DNA of 63,385 nucleotides, filler included, from Lenisia limosa (lineage: Eukaryota; Protista; Breviatea), in assembly GCA_001655205.1 (NCBI GenBank). It is 12 parts of 12 records of this genome, joined end to end, with 100 filler letters (N's around TTAATTAATTAA, not from the genome) between each part and the next. Parts side by side here need not be neighbours in the genome. Positions count along the whole stretch, not along the records: positions 49,160 to 55,729 come from LPNZ01006155.1; positions 55,830 to 59,257 come from LPNZ01010122.1; positions 59,358 to 60,372 come from LPNZ01008452.1; positions 60,473 to 61,672 come from LPNZ01001595.1; positions 61,773 to 63,385 come from LPNZ01004261.1; 7 more parts are not named here. One strand, 5' to 3'. The translations under genes were made by a program, and so were the position numbers. Below are positions 52,201-62,900 of the stretch, piece by piece; position 1 is the stretch's first letter, and each line of letters begins with the position of its first letter. The notes under the pieces are model-generated. The model was not told the origin of the DNA. It searched no databases and saw nothing but the letters and a program-made list of their open reading frames with translations.

Positions 52201-55200
52201 AAAAAAATAAAAGAGTCATAAATAAATTCAAAGATCTGTTGTGATTCTACTTCATATTAATCATAATATTTATCGTAAAATCAGTACTTACAACTATTTA
52301 TACACATATGCTCTTTCTTAAACGCGTACACATAAAAGAAAGACAATACAGGCAAGAAATGTACAAGAATTACCAATAGTGAACAATGATAAAAACAATC
52401 AAACAAAATATGCATTCTATGTATAATAATAATAAGAAAATTCGGATCCAAATCTGGCGAATCCGACCAGATCCTCGATAGATCCTTAGTGGATCCAATC
52501 GGATCCTACCTGAATCCGGAATATAGCTCTATTGAGGATATATTTGAGGATTTATTATTGAGGATTTATATAGCCATTAATTCAATCCGAAAATATAGTG
52601 TATAAACTAAAAGTCATGCAACTTTCAATAGCTATAATTGCAAATGATTCAGGTTACTAAGGTCGAAAAAGACCTATAAATATCGATATTTATCGAGGAT
52701 TTATCGGTAACTTCAGTCCAGATGGAAACCGCTTGAACAACACAACGAAGCCCCAACTACCTCCTCCTTGAGCTGAATAATCTCCGCTCGAAGCTCCTCA
52801 GTGGCGGATTCCGCCCTCTTCAGCTCCTTAAAAGACGGATCTTTGTCACGTGACTGTGTCAGCATTTCATGCGCATGTTTATGAGCGGTATGAAGCGCCT
52901 CTGTGAGATTGTCCACTTCTACACGAAGTCCTTTTGCCACGTCATCGCTTTGTGTCACCGTTTCTTCCAAATGCATAACTCGGCTCTGGGACGACTCGAG
53001 AGTCTGTGAAAGGGCTCGTATCTGGAGTTGGAGATTGGCATTGTCCTCTGTCTGGGACTGAAGTTTGTCTGTGAGTTCGGAGATTCTGGACTGGAGTTCA
53101 GTTCGCTGCTGGTCACCCAGTTTACCGGCTTCTTCGTCGCTTTCCTTCTTCTGAGCTAAGCCAGAGTTGGCCATCATCATTAGGAGGTGACTAAGTTCGC
53201 CCTCAAGGTCGTTCACCTTCTTCTTGGCCTCTTCTAGCTCAGTGCCGCCATGTGTGGCGGCTTGCTCATCAGCTCCAATTGTTTGAGGACTAAATTCATA
53301 AGGATGATGTGGATATGTTGAAATTTTTTTAAAAAAATATGATTATAAGATAGATAAGTTTTCCCATGGGGGGGGGGGTCGCGCTAGCGACCCAAAAATA
53401 TATACACAATATGTCAGCTATTAAGATATATAATATTATATGCTATCTGATTTTAATTCTGATGTAAATGAGGGTATCAGAATTTCGTGAAATTACTGAT
53501 TTCCCATCAGTTATGGACAATTATATCGAAAATAATATGAAACAAGTTTGAATATGTATTATTTTAAAACTTGCATGAACCCCAAATTTTTTTTAAAAAA
53601 AAATATATAAATTATATCTTCATGTCTGAGGCCTGAAATCACTCTTTTAATCACGCTTTTTCATGGGGTCATGGGGTCATGCCAAAAAACTTGAATAACC
53701 ACCCTCAAGACTTTTTGGAAATATAAAAGGTTTTACTGTATCAACATATCGATATGGATATCGTAAAACAATAAAATTACATAGCATCACGTTTAAGCTG
53801 TTGAATAATAGAGAAGATGATGTACAAATTATAAATAAAGACGTACGTATCATGTAAACAATATATCATCTGTGTATTATATGTATATATATATATGTAA
53901 GAAAAATGTTTCAACTGTGGTTTTAATTCTTTGTGATCGAGAATGCTTATGGTCAAACAAAACCCCACCCTACCTTGATGACTCAAGGTCACCCTCGGAT
54001 TGACTTAGAGAAGGAAAGGCGTTACTTTCTACCTGAACTGGGGGAGGATAACTACTCGAGAGGAGATCTCCGATTTCATCACTTCGGTTTTCACTCAAAG
54101 GAGCAGAGGATTCTTGATTATGACCTGCTTTATTGCGAAGATGACCAAGATTGGCTGTTTTAATAATGTTCGCTAAGAGTGCCGCTTCGGCTGTGGCGTC
54201 TGCGGCCTATTGGGGGAAGGGGGGGGGGGNNNNNNNNNNNNNNNNNNNNNNNNNNNNNNNNNNNNNNNNNNNNNNNNNNNNNNNNNNNNNNNNNNNAAGT
54301 CTGTTTTTATTGGGAAACAAAATCCCGAGATAACACATAATACGGGGAAGTTAATCTGAAATACACTGTTTCGCTGAATAGAACTCTCCGTGTATTCTGA
54401 TGAATCCTTCTTTTTGGTGGAACTCGATCGTTTATTCGGTTCCAAAAACAACGAGAGCCAATATAAAATAAGAATATAAAATTAGGGCTTCCCTACGGCC
54501 CCAAAAAAGACCGGTACATAAAGATATTTATCGAGAAATTCAGGCTTTTTTTGGAACCAGAGGGAAACACTATCAATAAATCCCGTTTTAGAACGGGAAC
54601 ACAGCTGTAGTGATAGAAAATAATACCCACGCTTAACCCACCCACCTGATTTCGGAACATTTCAACTGTTTGGCGAAGCTAAAATGGTTATGTCGATATA
54701 AGAAGCAAAAGTGAGACAAAAGAATGTTGTTTCTTTGTGTGAAATGTCTATCTTCGAGTTGTGCTGAAAGCAGCAATGAAAAAGATTGCTAAGATACGTA
54801 GAAATGAGAAAAAAAACAAGGGGCTATGAAGTTTCATTATTGAGGGTTATTTGAGGAACCCAATCATTGAGAAGATTTTCTATTGATCCCCTTTAAAGTA
54901 GCGATAAATAGTGATAAATCGCGATAAATAGCGATAATTACAATTAAATATCTCTAATATCTTAAAAATGGATAAATAATGAGCAATTGCGATAAAATAC
55001 ACGCCTTCGGTAACCGAAAGCTCTCCAATATTCAACGACCAGACCTCCAGCTCCGTATCGGCCAAAATAGCGGCAGTGGCAGCGTCATCCGCGGCACGGG
55101 CTTCGGCATCGCAGACCTCGGCTTCCAGAAGAAAATTGGCCTGGGGGTATTATTAGGATCATACAAGAGTGGCTGGGGGAAGGGGTTTGAGAAGATATTT

Positions 55201-55637
55201 GGCCTGGGAGGGTGGGAGGTGTAACGAAGGAAATTTTGACGAAGAATATTAGAATCACGAACCGAATAATCTGAAATTCCATACAAACAAAAAACAAAAA
55301 AAAGCAATTACAAACACAAAGATAAAAATACAAAATGACGGGGGGTAAAGGAGTAAAATTGGTAAATTTATGAAACAAAAAAAAAGCCCACAATCAACTT
55401 TGTTGGAAAACACACGAGGGTTGATTGAAAAATTGAAAAATATATGAAACAAAACCCAAAATCAACTCTTTTGGCAAACAGACAAAGGTTGGTAAAAAAA
55501 AACACCTGGTGGGAGTCCCGTAGATATATAAATGAGAAATAAAAAAAATATATGGCCGAAGCCGTCACTATCCCGTATACCTCGTGTGCCTTCTTTAGAT
55601 CAAGATCTGTTTGGGCCTTCGCTGCCTAAGCTCAGTA
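49287..55637 (-). CDS. Long coiled-coil protein, internal exons
   Basis: Exons AAKAQTDLDLKKAHE; LLEAEVCDAEARAADDAATAAILADTELE; AADATAEAALLANIIKTANLG..; large exon ~52720-53280 (NDLEGELSHLL..ELRAEIIQLKEE); VSEGKSQLKAAGHREVKLSELIRAILKTSPSLK; EDHHRLQRQIKTLSVERRKQ; VQVLAAERAGLKAHLQIAQGEAKEALDK; EDASLLAKVSSELK. Confidence 0.7.
49521..49934. mobile_element. ~414-bp MITE with long TIRs, AT-rich interior, intronic
   Basis: Left CATATGCGGCGGTTCATAATTCTGGTTT..GTAATTCTG; right CAGAATTAC..AAACCAGAATTTTGAACGGCCGCATATG followed by TA. Confidence 0.8.
52099..52531. mobile_element. 433-bp non-autonomous hAT element (family D) with perfect 8-bp target duplication
   Basis: TIRs TAGGGCTATATTTCCGG / CCGGAATATAGCTCTA; TTGAGGAT on both sides (52091-52098 and 52532-52539); clustered GATCC motifs at both subtermini. 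Confidence 0.93.
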
Positions 55638-55849
55638 AAAATTACTACATCCAAATAGAGGGTGAGAGGAGTGCGTATGGATGGTTCATTTTTACGGTTA
55701 CTATGGTTCTCTGTAAACCCTTAGATGAANNNNNNNNNNNNNNNNNNNNNNNNNNNNNNNNNNNNNNNNNNNNTTAATTAATTAANNNNNNNNNNNNNNN
55801 NNNNNNNNNNNNNNNNNNNNNNNNNNNNNCCCCCCCCCCCCATCCAACA

Positions 55850-58800
55850 GTTTTTCGAATTCTTGTGGTTTCTTAGCCTTCAAAAACTCCTGGGGGATCA
55901 AGGTATGGATCACGTTCCTAAATATTGAGTAAAAAGGAACGCTATTGCAGGAAACAGGTATCATTGGAATCAAAACGATTTCCTTAACATGGCGATTGCT
56001 GTGGAGAGACATTAATAACTAGGGCTTCGCTTCATCCGGAAGAAGGCTCGATAAATAAATCCTCCACAATCAGTTTTTACTGGTCCTTTCGAAACGAAGG
56101 AAAACCCTATGATAGTATATGTATGATAAAAATCCTGTATCCATAATCACAAATAAAACATCTGAAATAACCCACAGGAGAGCTCCGGGCTTATTGATGG
56201 CTGAATTGTAGTCCCCAAAGCGGCACTGAATCGTCAAATAAACTGAATGATGCCCAATTCTCAAAAAAAAACAGACTCAAAAAAAATATCCGCCATAAGA
56301 AAAAGTGTTTCACAAGAATCCCAAGTCAATGCGCCGTAGAGCTTCAAGTCCACCCCCAGGTCCACCAAACTAGCAGACCTCGAAAACTATCGATATTTTA
56401 CCAGTCTTTTTCGAACCGAAGTGAAACCCTACCCTTAGTCCGACAACTTGCATACCTGCATTTTCAGTCCCGCCATTTGGATGGCTGTCTCCAAGTCTTC
56501 ACAAGGGTACACACCGGAAAGGAAGTGTCTGAAGGCCTGGGAGGGAATAAAATTAGAAAAAGAAAAAAAACACACATATCGATATATATGATATGGATTT
56601 GATGAATTTTTGAAACATAAGGGCATTGTAGCCAAAACGACAATGTCGAATCCCGCATTAACCTTCTGGGGGGAAAGCACCAAGGAGTGTAGAAAGAGGG
56701 GAAATTTAAAAGAAGACTGAGTGACAATAAATGAGATAGGAAGACAGAACAGTAATAAGAAGAGGAGAAAGAGGGAAGTTGTAGGAAGATTAAGATAATT
56801 AGACAAGACAAGTACCCACAGAGCAATAAAACGACCAGATAACTCGGCTGTGAAGAAATTAATTGATATACTTGTACATATATTATCAATAATATGAAAT
56901 TAAAGAGCCTGAAATGGATTTTATATTATATTAATAATATGTCACATCAAATTTTGCAGTTATTTTGTTAAATAATTACACGAAGTCGACAAAGACTAAG
57001 ACAGAGCCTCCAAACGCACCTGGCCGAAAATAAGTTCGAGAGCAACAGGGTCCTTGATGGTCCTCTCCTCTTTCTTGTTCAGGGCTGCCTTGAGTTGGTA
57101 GGAGATCATGAGGGGAGGCTGCGGGGAGNNNNNNNNNNNNNNNNNNNNNNNNNNNNNNNNNNNNNNNNNNNNNNNNNNNNNNNNNNNNNNNNNNNNNNNN
57201 NNNNNNNNNNNNNNNNNNNNNNNNNNNNNNNNNNNNNNNNNNNNNNNNNNNNNNNNNNNNNNNNNNNNNNNNNNNNNNNNNNNNNNNNNNNNNNNNNNNN
57301 NNNNNNNNNNNNNNNNGTGGGAATGAATCGTGGAAATATATGATGATACCATATTATCAGCGGGTGTTTACGGAAGAAGGGAAGGAAGATGATACTGAAG
57401 ATACAAAAGAGGGTAAACATCGTGAATATCGAAGACCACAACGTATGATGTACCTTTTCATTGGTGTCGTCAGTGTAGCGTGCCACAATCTGGGGCCACG
57501 AGCGAATGAGTTGGAAAATGTTTGTCAGGGCGGGAATGGGGAATGCTANNNNNNNNNNNNNNNNNNNNNNNNNNNNNNNNNNNNNNNNNNNNNNNNNNNN
57601 NNNNNNNNNNNNNNNNNNNNNNNNNNNNNNNNNNNNNNNNNNNNNNNNNNNNNNNNNNNNNNNNNNNNNNNNNNNNNNNNNNNNNNNNNNNNNNNNNNNN
57701 NNNNNNNNNNNNNNNNNNNNNNNNNNNAAAACCCCAAATCAATTCTGTTGGCTGGAAAAGGAGGTGAATTGGTAGTGGTGGTGGGGATAAATAGAGGATT
57801 TGATATGGAAATTTATGGAAATTAGAGTACTGGGAAGATAGTGCTGTTTTTGGTTCAGAAGAAACAGAATAAAATGATCAAAGAAAACAGGCTCAAAACA
57901 ACTTGGTCAGAATATAGATAGTAGGATACACCAGAGGAGTTTTCTGAGTATCAAAAAAGTGGANNNNNNNNNNNNNNNNNNNNNNNNNNNNNNNNNNNNN
58001 NNNNNNNNNNNNNNNNNNNNNNNNNNNNNNNNNNNNNNNNNNNNNNNNNNNNNNNNNNNNNNNNNNNNNNNNNNNNNNNNNNNNNNNNNNNNNNNNNNNN
58101 NNNNNNNNNNNNNNNNNNNNNNNNNNNNNCTTACTCAGGCGGGGAGCCAACTAAACGGTGAATGAATAGCGTAACATTAATAGGGACACTATTACGAGCA
58201 ATATTAAATAATGGCTTTTCAGATTAAAAAAGATTACAAAAAGGTCAGCTCATTTCCCCATACATCAATAGATCAGAAAAATAGTTCAAGACAATATAAA
58301 ACAAGAGGAATGGGCAATTTGAGTGATATACTAAATTACAGGAATGCAGGAAAGAGGTAAGGAATTCAAGAATTCAAGAAGAGAAGAATGACAAAGCCTA
58401 GAGAACCCATCTCTACCTTGAATACAATAAGATATGCCTCTGAGTCCTCCCCCATACAGCCCAAAGTTGGAAGGCAGCGCGATCTTCAATTTGAATTGAT
58501 TTAGCAAACATATCTTCCACTTCCTCCACAGTAGAAGAGGACTTCAGCCTGACTGTAATTCATGAGAATAGCATCTATGGTGCTGGGAGAGGGACTGGAA
58601 GGCTGAACAGATTTGATAGAGATGATAACCACCAATCATACATTCCTTCACTGCTCTTCCATTGATTTGGTGGTACGAAACCTTGATTGGGAACGTTCCT
58701 GATGACTGGAAGATGTTAATGTACGTTCCCTGATTCTAAGACTCACCATATTTGACAAGATCAACCTTCGTAATCAACCCTCTTCAAGTCCTCTTATTTC

Positions 58801-59166
58801 CCACTATTATTAACTCCACTAACGCACCAAAAGTCCAAAAGTCGTTTCTTCAACTGTTACCACCAAATACAAAGAAAATATTTTTCCAAGAATGTTAATC
58901 TTCGAAAAATGGTCGAATGTTTTCGTTATTNNNNNNNNNNNNNNNNNNNNNNNNNNNNNNNNNNNNNNNNNNNNNNNNNNNNNNNNNNNNNNNNNNNNNN
59001 NNNNNNNNNNNNNNNNNNNNNNNNNNNNNNNNNNNNNNNNNNNNNNNNNNNNNNNNNNNNNNNNNNNNNNNNNNNNNNNNNNNNNNNNNNNNNNNNNNNN
59101 NNNNNNNNNNNGACCGCCAATCACACCGACTGGAGGGGTGAGATCAGTGGGCAAGAAGAAGCGAAT
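55850..59166 (-). CDS. FERM-domain protein (F1-F2 lobes), internal exons
   Basis: QCLDIRFFLPTDLTPP|VRLKSSSTVEEVEDMFAKSIQL|..LTNIFQLIRSWPQIVARYTDDTNEK|YQLKAALNKKEERTIKDPVALELIFGQ|AFRHFLSGVYPCEDLETAIQMAGLKMQ|CRFGDYNSAINKPGALL|NVIHTLIPQEFLKAKKPQEFEKL. Matches the FERM central-lobe pattern DPxxLxLxYxQ..ILxGxYPC...AAL. Confidence 0.85.
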
Positions 59167-59377
59167 ATCCAAGCATTGCTGGTGATGGTGGCGAGGAAGG
59201 TGGGTTAAACATGATGAACTGAAACCTGTATTGAAAGAACAATGTTAGGATGTGTTTNNNNNNNNNNNNNNNNNNNNNNNNNNNNNNNNNNNNNNNNNNN
59301 NTTAATTAATTAANNNNNNNNNNNNNNNNNNNNNNNNNNNNNNNNNNNNNNNNNNNNTGACAAGCTTTATAAACCAT

Positions 59378-59690
59378 ATTTTAAACGAATTCCTACACAT
59401 ACGGAAGTCATATAAACCATATAAACAAATCACATATTGACAAGCTTTATAAACCATATTTTAAACGAATTCCTACACATACGGAAGTCATATAAACAAG
59501 TTACACATATTGAAGTCATATGAAACGAAATCCTTCACATACTGACAAGCCATAACAGAAATCCTCTCCATATACTGAAGCCTTAAACCGAACTGCATAT
59601 AACAAGCCATCTAAACGAAATCTCACCTAATCTCCTCCCATACAACCGAATTTCCCGCGTATTGAAGTCATAGAAACAAAATCCCCCTAT
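59378..59690. repeat. Contig-end satellite-like array
   Basis: Two near-identical copies of TGACAAGCTTTATAAACCATATTTTAAACGAATTCCTACACATACGGAAGTCATATAAAC, followed by degenerate units (CATACTGAAGCC..AAACGAA.TCC). Confidence 0.75.
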
Positions 59691-59718
59691 ATATAATAAA
59701 ACAATAAACGACTTCAGC

Positions 59719-59784
59719 CGCTACTCCCGCTCTCGCTCTCCCCGGAGGTCTCGCTCGCCCTACCGTTCCTCGCGCTACGACAGG
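59719..59784 (+). CDS. Single exon encoding an RS domain (SR-type splicing factor), partial
   Basis: ttcag|C CGC TAC TCC CGC TCT CGC TCT CCC CGG AGG... = RYSRSRSPRRSRSPYRSSRYD, donor gtgggc. Confidence 0.6.
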
Positions 59785-60937
59785 TGGGCCCAAAAGCTCC
59801 TTTCGGTTCCAAAAAAGCTGGTGAAATATCGATATTTCTTATGAATTCATCGAGAATCTCAGTTTTTTTGGGACCGAAAATGAAGCTCCAGCTAGTAGTC
59901 GATCAGGGTACAACGTCGTGATCACAATTATTAGGTCGTCCCTAGGGCTCAAAAACAAAGACTGATTTCTCGATATATAAATCGCTATTTGATCGGTCTT
60001 TTTCGGACCGTAGGGAAGACCTAGAAACACAATCAACACGAAAGAATACCCGTGCCCAACGATTAGGGCTATATTTACATCCTGCTTACTTTCGGCTTAA
60101 AAGACTGAATTCTCGATAAATCCTCGATAAATGTAGATATTCTACCAGTCTTTTGCAACCGAAAGTGAAGCCTACTATATTCCCGGGTACCTGGGTCAGA
60201 ATCCGAAAATATGGCTCTATAACTTTACAAGGCTTCACACCTGTCCAGATTAACGAAAAAGCTTCACTTCGGACCCAATTACGCCAATACTCTTAAATTT
60301 CCTTCGTTTCACAGCCCCCTCCCCACACCTACTATGGTCAAAAAAGGTTTTTTTTTATCAATGTTCACCCCTNNNNNNNNNNNNNNNNNNNNNNNNNNNN
60401 NNNNNNNNNNNNNNNNTTAATTAATTAANNNNNNNNNNNNNNNNNNNNNNNNNNNNNNNNNNNNNNNNNNNNATAGTTATATAACAATAAAAACCAAAAT
60501 CAACTCTGGTTGAAAATAACAAAATAAATACTAGTCTCCGTGCAATTAAAATTTGGAGGAAATTAATTGACAAAAGTAAAACTCAAAGAGTATGGAATAG
60601 GGTTCTCGTTATAATATGTTCGACTTAAAATTGTGAAATTGGGCTTTCAATTTATTACACGAAGCCCTACAAATAAATGATCAAATCAGTTTCTTCTGCA
60701 GTATCACAATCCCATCACTCCGTCTGGTACAGGTGTGTAAGGCTTCACTTCGATTCGGGAAAATATCGATAGTTTTCGAGGAGTTATCGAGAAATTGAGT
60801 CTTTTTTTGAACCGAAGTGAAGCCCTAGTAGACACCCCCCCCCGCCGCCGGGGGGGAAAAGGTTCAAGTTGGTAACATCATAATTGCCACCAAGAACCAT
60901 ATAAAGTAATCAAGTAATAACAATACTCCGCTCACCT

Positions 60938-61480
60938 TGGTAAGTCAAAGCTGTGCTATAACCGTCTGAAACGTCCAAGGATAAATCCAATGAAAATGTC
61001 TCCGAAGTCATTGAGGCCGTTACATCAATGGCGTTTAGTACTTTGATTACTGAATCAAAGGGACCGTGAACCTGTAAGGAATAATATAGATATTGGATGC
61101 GTGATCTTCCATTAAGTTACAAAAACAAATATAACCTTGTTTTTTTCTCATCACATGACCAGGATAAGTCTTGAAAGATTTGCAATATGATTTCCCAAGG
61201 AAAATCGGTCAAGACTTATCCCGGTCACTGTACAGTACATGTAGTATAGTATAACAAAATACCAGTATATTTCTAATCATCCGTGTATACCCCCACTAAA
61301 TTTCTAATCATGTATACCCATCCATTAGGGAGTCAAAATAGGCTCAGTATTCCCCCAAATAGATGTCAACCTCTTTTAAATACATTTATCTTTTATTATC
61401 ACCTCCACCCCCTCTCACCGAAAAAGATGACGTTGAAATTTCAAACGAGGTGACGCCAAAGAAATCGAGAACCGATTCCT
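60938..61480 (-). CDS. Two exons of a probable extracellular beta-sandwich protein, partial
   Basis: aacag|ESVLDFFGVTSFEISTSSFS|gtgaga and tacag|VHGPFDSVIKVLNAIDVTASMTSETFSLDLSLDVSDGYSTALTYQ|gtgagc join in frame. Confidence 0.55.
61154..61230. mobile_element. Tc1/mariner-type MITE family E
   Basis: CA(G)TGACCAGGATAAGTCTTGA ... TCAAGACTTATCCCGGTCACTG|TA. Partial copies at ~2232-2270, 3088-3111 and 4072-4131. Confidence 0.75.
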
Positions 61481-61772
61481 GTTCAGGTCAGTTTTGGGAA
61501 TATTAAGGGGGGGTGAGGAATTGAGAATAAATGAAAACGAAAGAGGGTACATGGCTCTACCTAGTGCACCTCGGTTCGAAAAAAGACTGATTTCTGGATA
61601 AATCCTCGAAAACTATTGATTTTCCCGGATTTTTTCGAACCAAAGTGAAGCCGCAGAAGTACCCCCCCCCCCNNNNNNNNNNNNNNNNNNNNNNNNNNNN
61701 NNNNNNNNNNNNNNNNTTAATTAATTAANNNNNNNNNNNNNNNNNNNNNNNNNNNNNNNNNNNNNNNNNNNN

Positions 61773-62900
61773 CAATGGACGTGCCGCTGTACTTCCAAGT
61801 CATTGCCGGGACGGAGCAGCTGAGAAAGGATACGCAGGGAGACAAGGACTCGGAATTTGTTTGGGTTGGTTGGGAAAGGGGATGATGGGTTTGGGGGTGT
61901 TATTCGTTTGTCAGCAATACCGTCTATCCTCTTTGGAAGAGTGCGCGAATATAAACATCATGATCAGAAATGAGTTACATCTATTCGGCCTTTTCGTCCT
62001 TCTTCTCACCTATAACCCCCTCCCCCCCAGTCCGGAGACCACCAGGCAGTTCTGTCAAAGCTCTGCTCGGGACACAGCATCGTGGCCTCAGGGCATCGAT
62101 TGGAACCGTGTATCTTCACTGTAGGGGTGTCTCTTCACTGGAGGGGTGTCTCTTATTATCGTAACATTTCTCTTCATCAAGATAATAGGATAATAATGAA
62201 TTGTTTCATTCCACCCCGTTAATTTTGTATTGGTAGGAGTTTCAGATTATTCGTTTCAGTACCTTTTCGCCACTATTCTTCACCGAAATTTCTTTCATTT
62301 TACTCCACCCCCCAGAGCACAATAGACGACTACCGCAAAGACAATGTAACACAGGAGGTTTGGCCTGTTTCTTGGGCCCTAGAGCTCTTCGTCTCAACCA
62401 TGGAGGTGTTCCTATCATCTAATGTGGGGGGGGGGGGNNNNNNNNNNNNNNNNNNNNNNNNNNNNNNNNNNNNNNNNNNNNNNNNNNNNNNNNNNNNNNN
62501 NNNNNNNNNNNNNNNNNNNNNNNNNNNNNNNNNNNNNNNNNNNNNNNNNNNNNNNNNNNNNNNNNNNNNNNNNNNNNNNNNNNNNNNNNNNNNNNNNNNN
62601 NNNNNNNNNNNNNNNNNCGCACCCCCTCCTGGCCGCGGCCATCTGCAAAATGTTCTGCGCTGATGACATTGTGGCCAAACTCAAAGGTGGGGGTGACTGA
62701 AGAGGGGATGTGTGTGAGGGTAATTGACTAACCATTTACCAACCCTTGACCAAAGCAGATTTCGAGACTCACGCCCACGTTATCGGCGACCTTCGCGTTT
62801 TCCTCCAAGACACACTCAAACTGGCTGATAGTGCCACGTACACCTTCCTGCACGACTTTAATTTCCTCGCTGCAGTGGCCCGCCAGCGCTCATTGTAGGC
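61773..62900 (+). CDS. Exons of an unknown, mostly helical protein, partial
   Basis: MDVPLYFQVIAGTEQLRKDTQGDKDSEF|SGDHQAVLSKLCSGHSIVASGHRLEP|ELFVSTME|..LLAAAICKMFCADDIVAKLK|DFETHAHVIGDLRVFLQDTLKLADSATYTFLHDFNFLAAVARQRSL. AG/GT boundaries present. Confidence 0.55.

Noticed and set aside
53375-53393. GGGTCGC-GCTA-GCGACCC hairpin as a Helitron 3' end or terminator
   Set aside because: No CTRR terminus follows, it is a single instance, and intrinsic terminators are not relevant in this eukaryotic context.
53933-54163. 76-aa plus-strand ORF
   Set aside because: The minus strand gives a longer open, donor-bounded exon of the coiled-coil gene.
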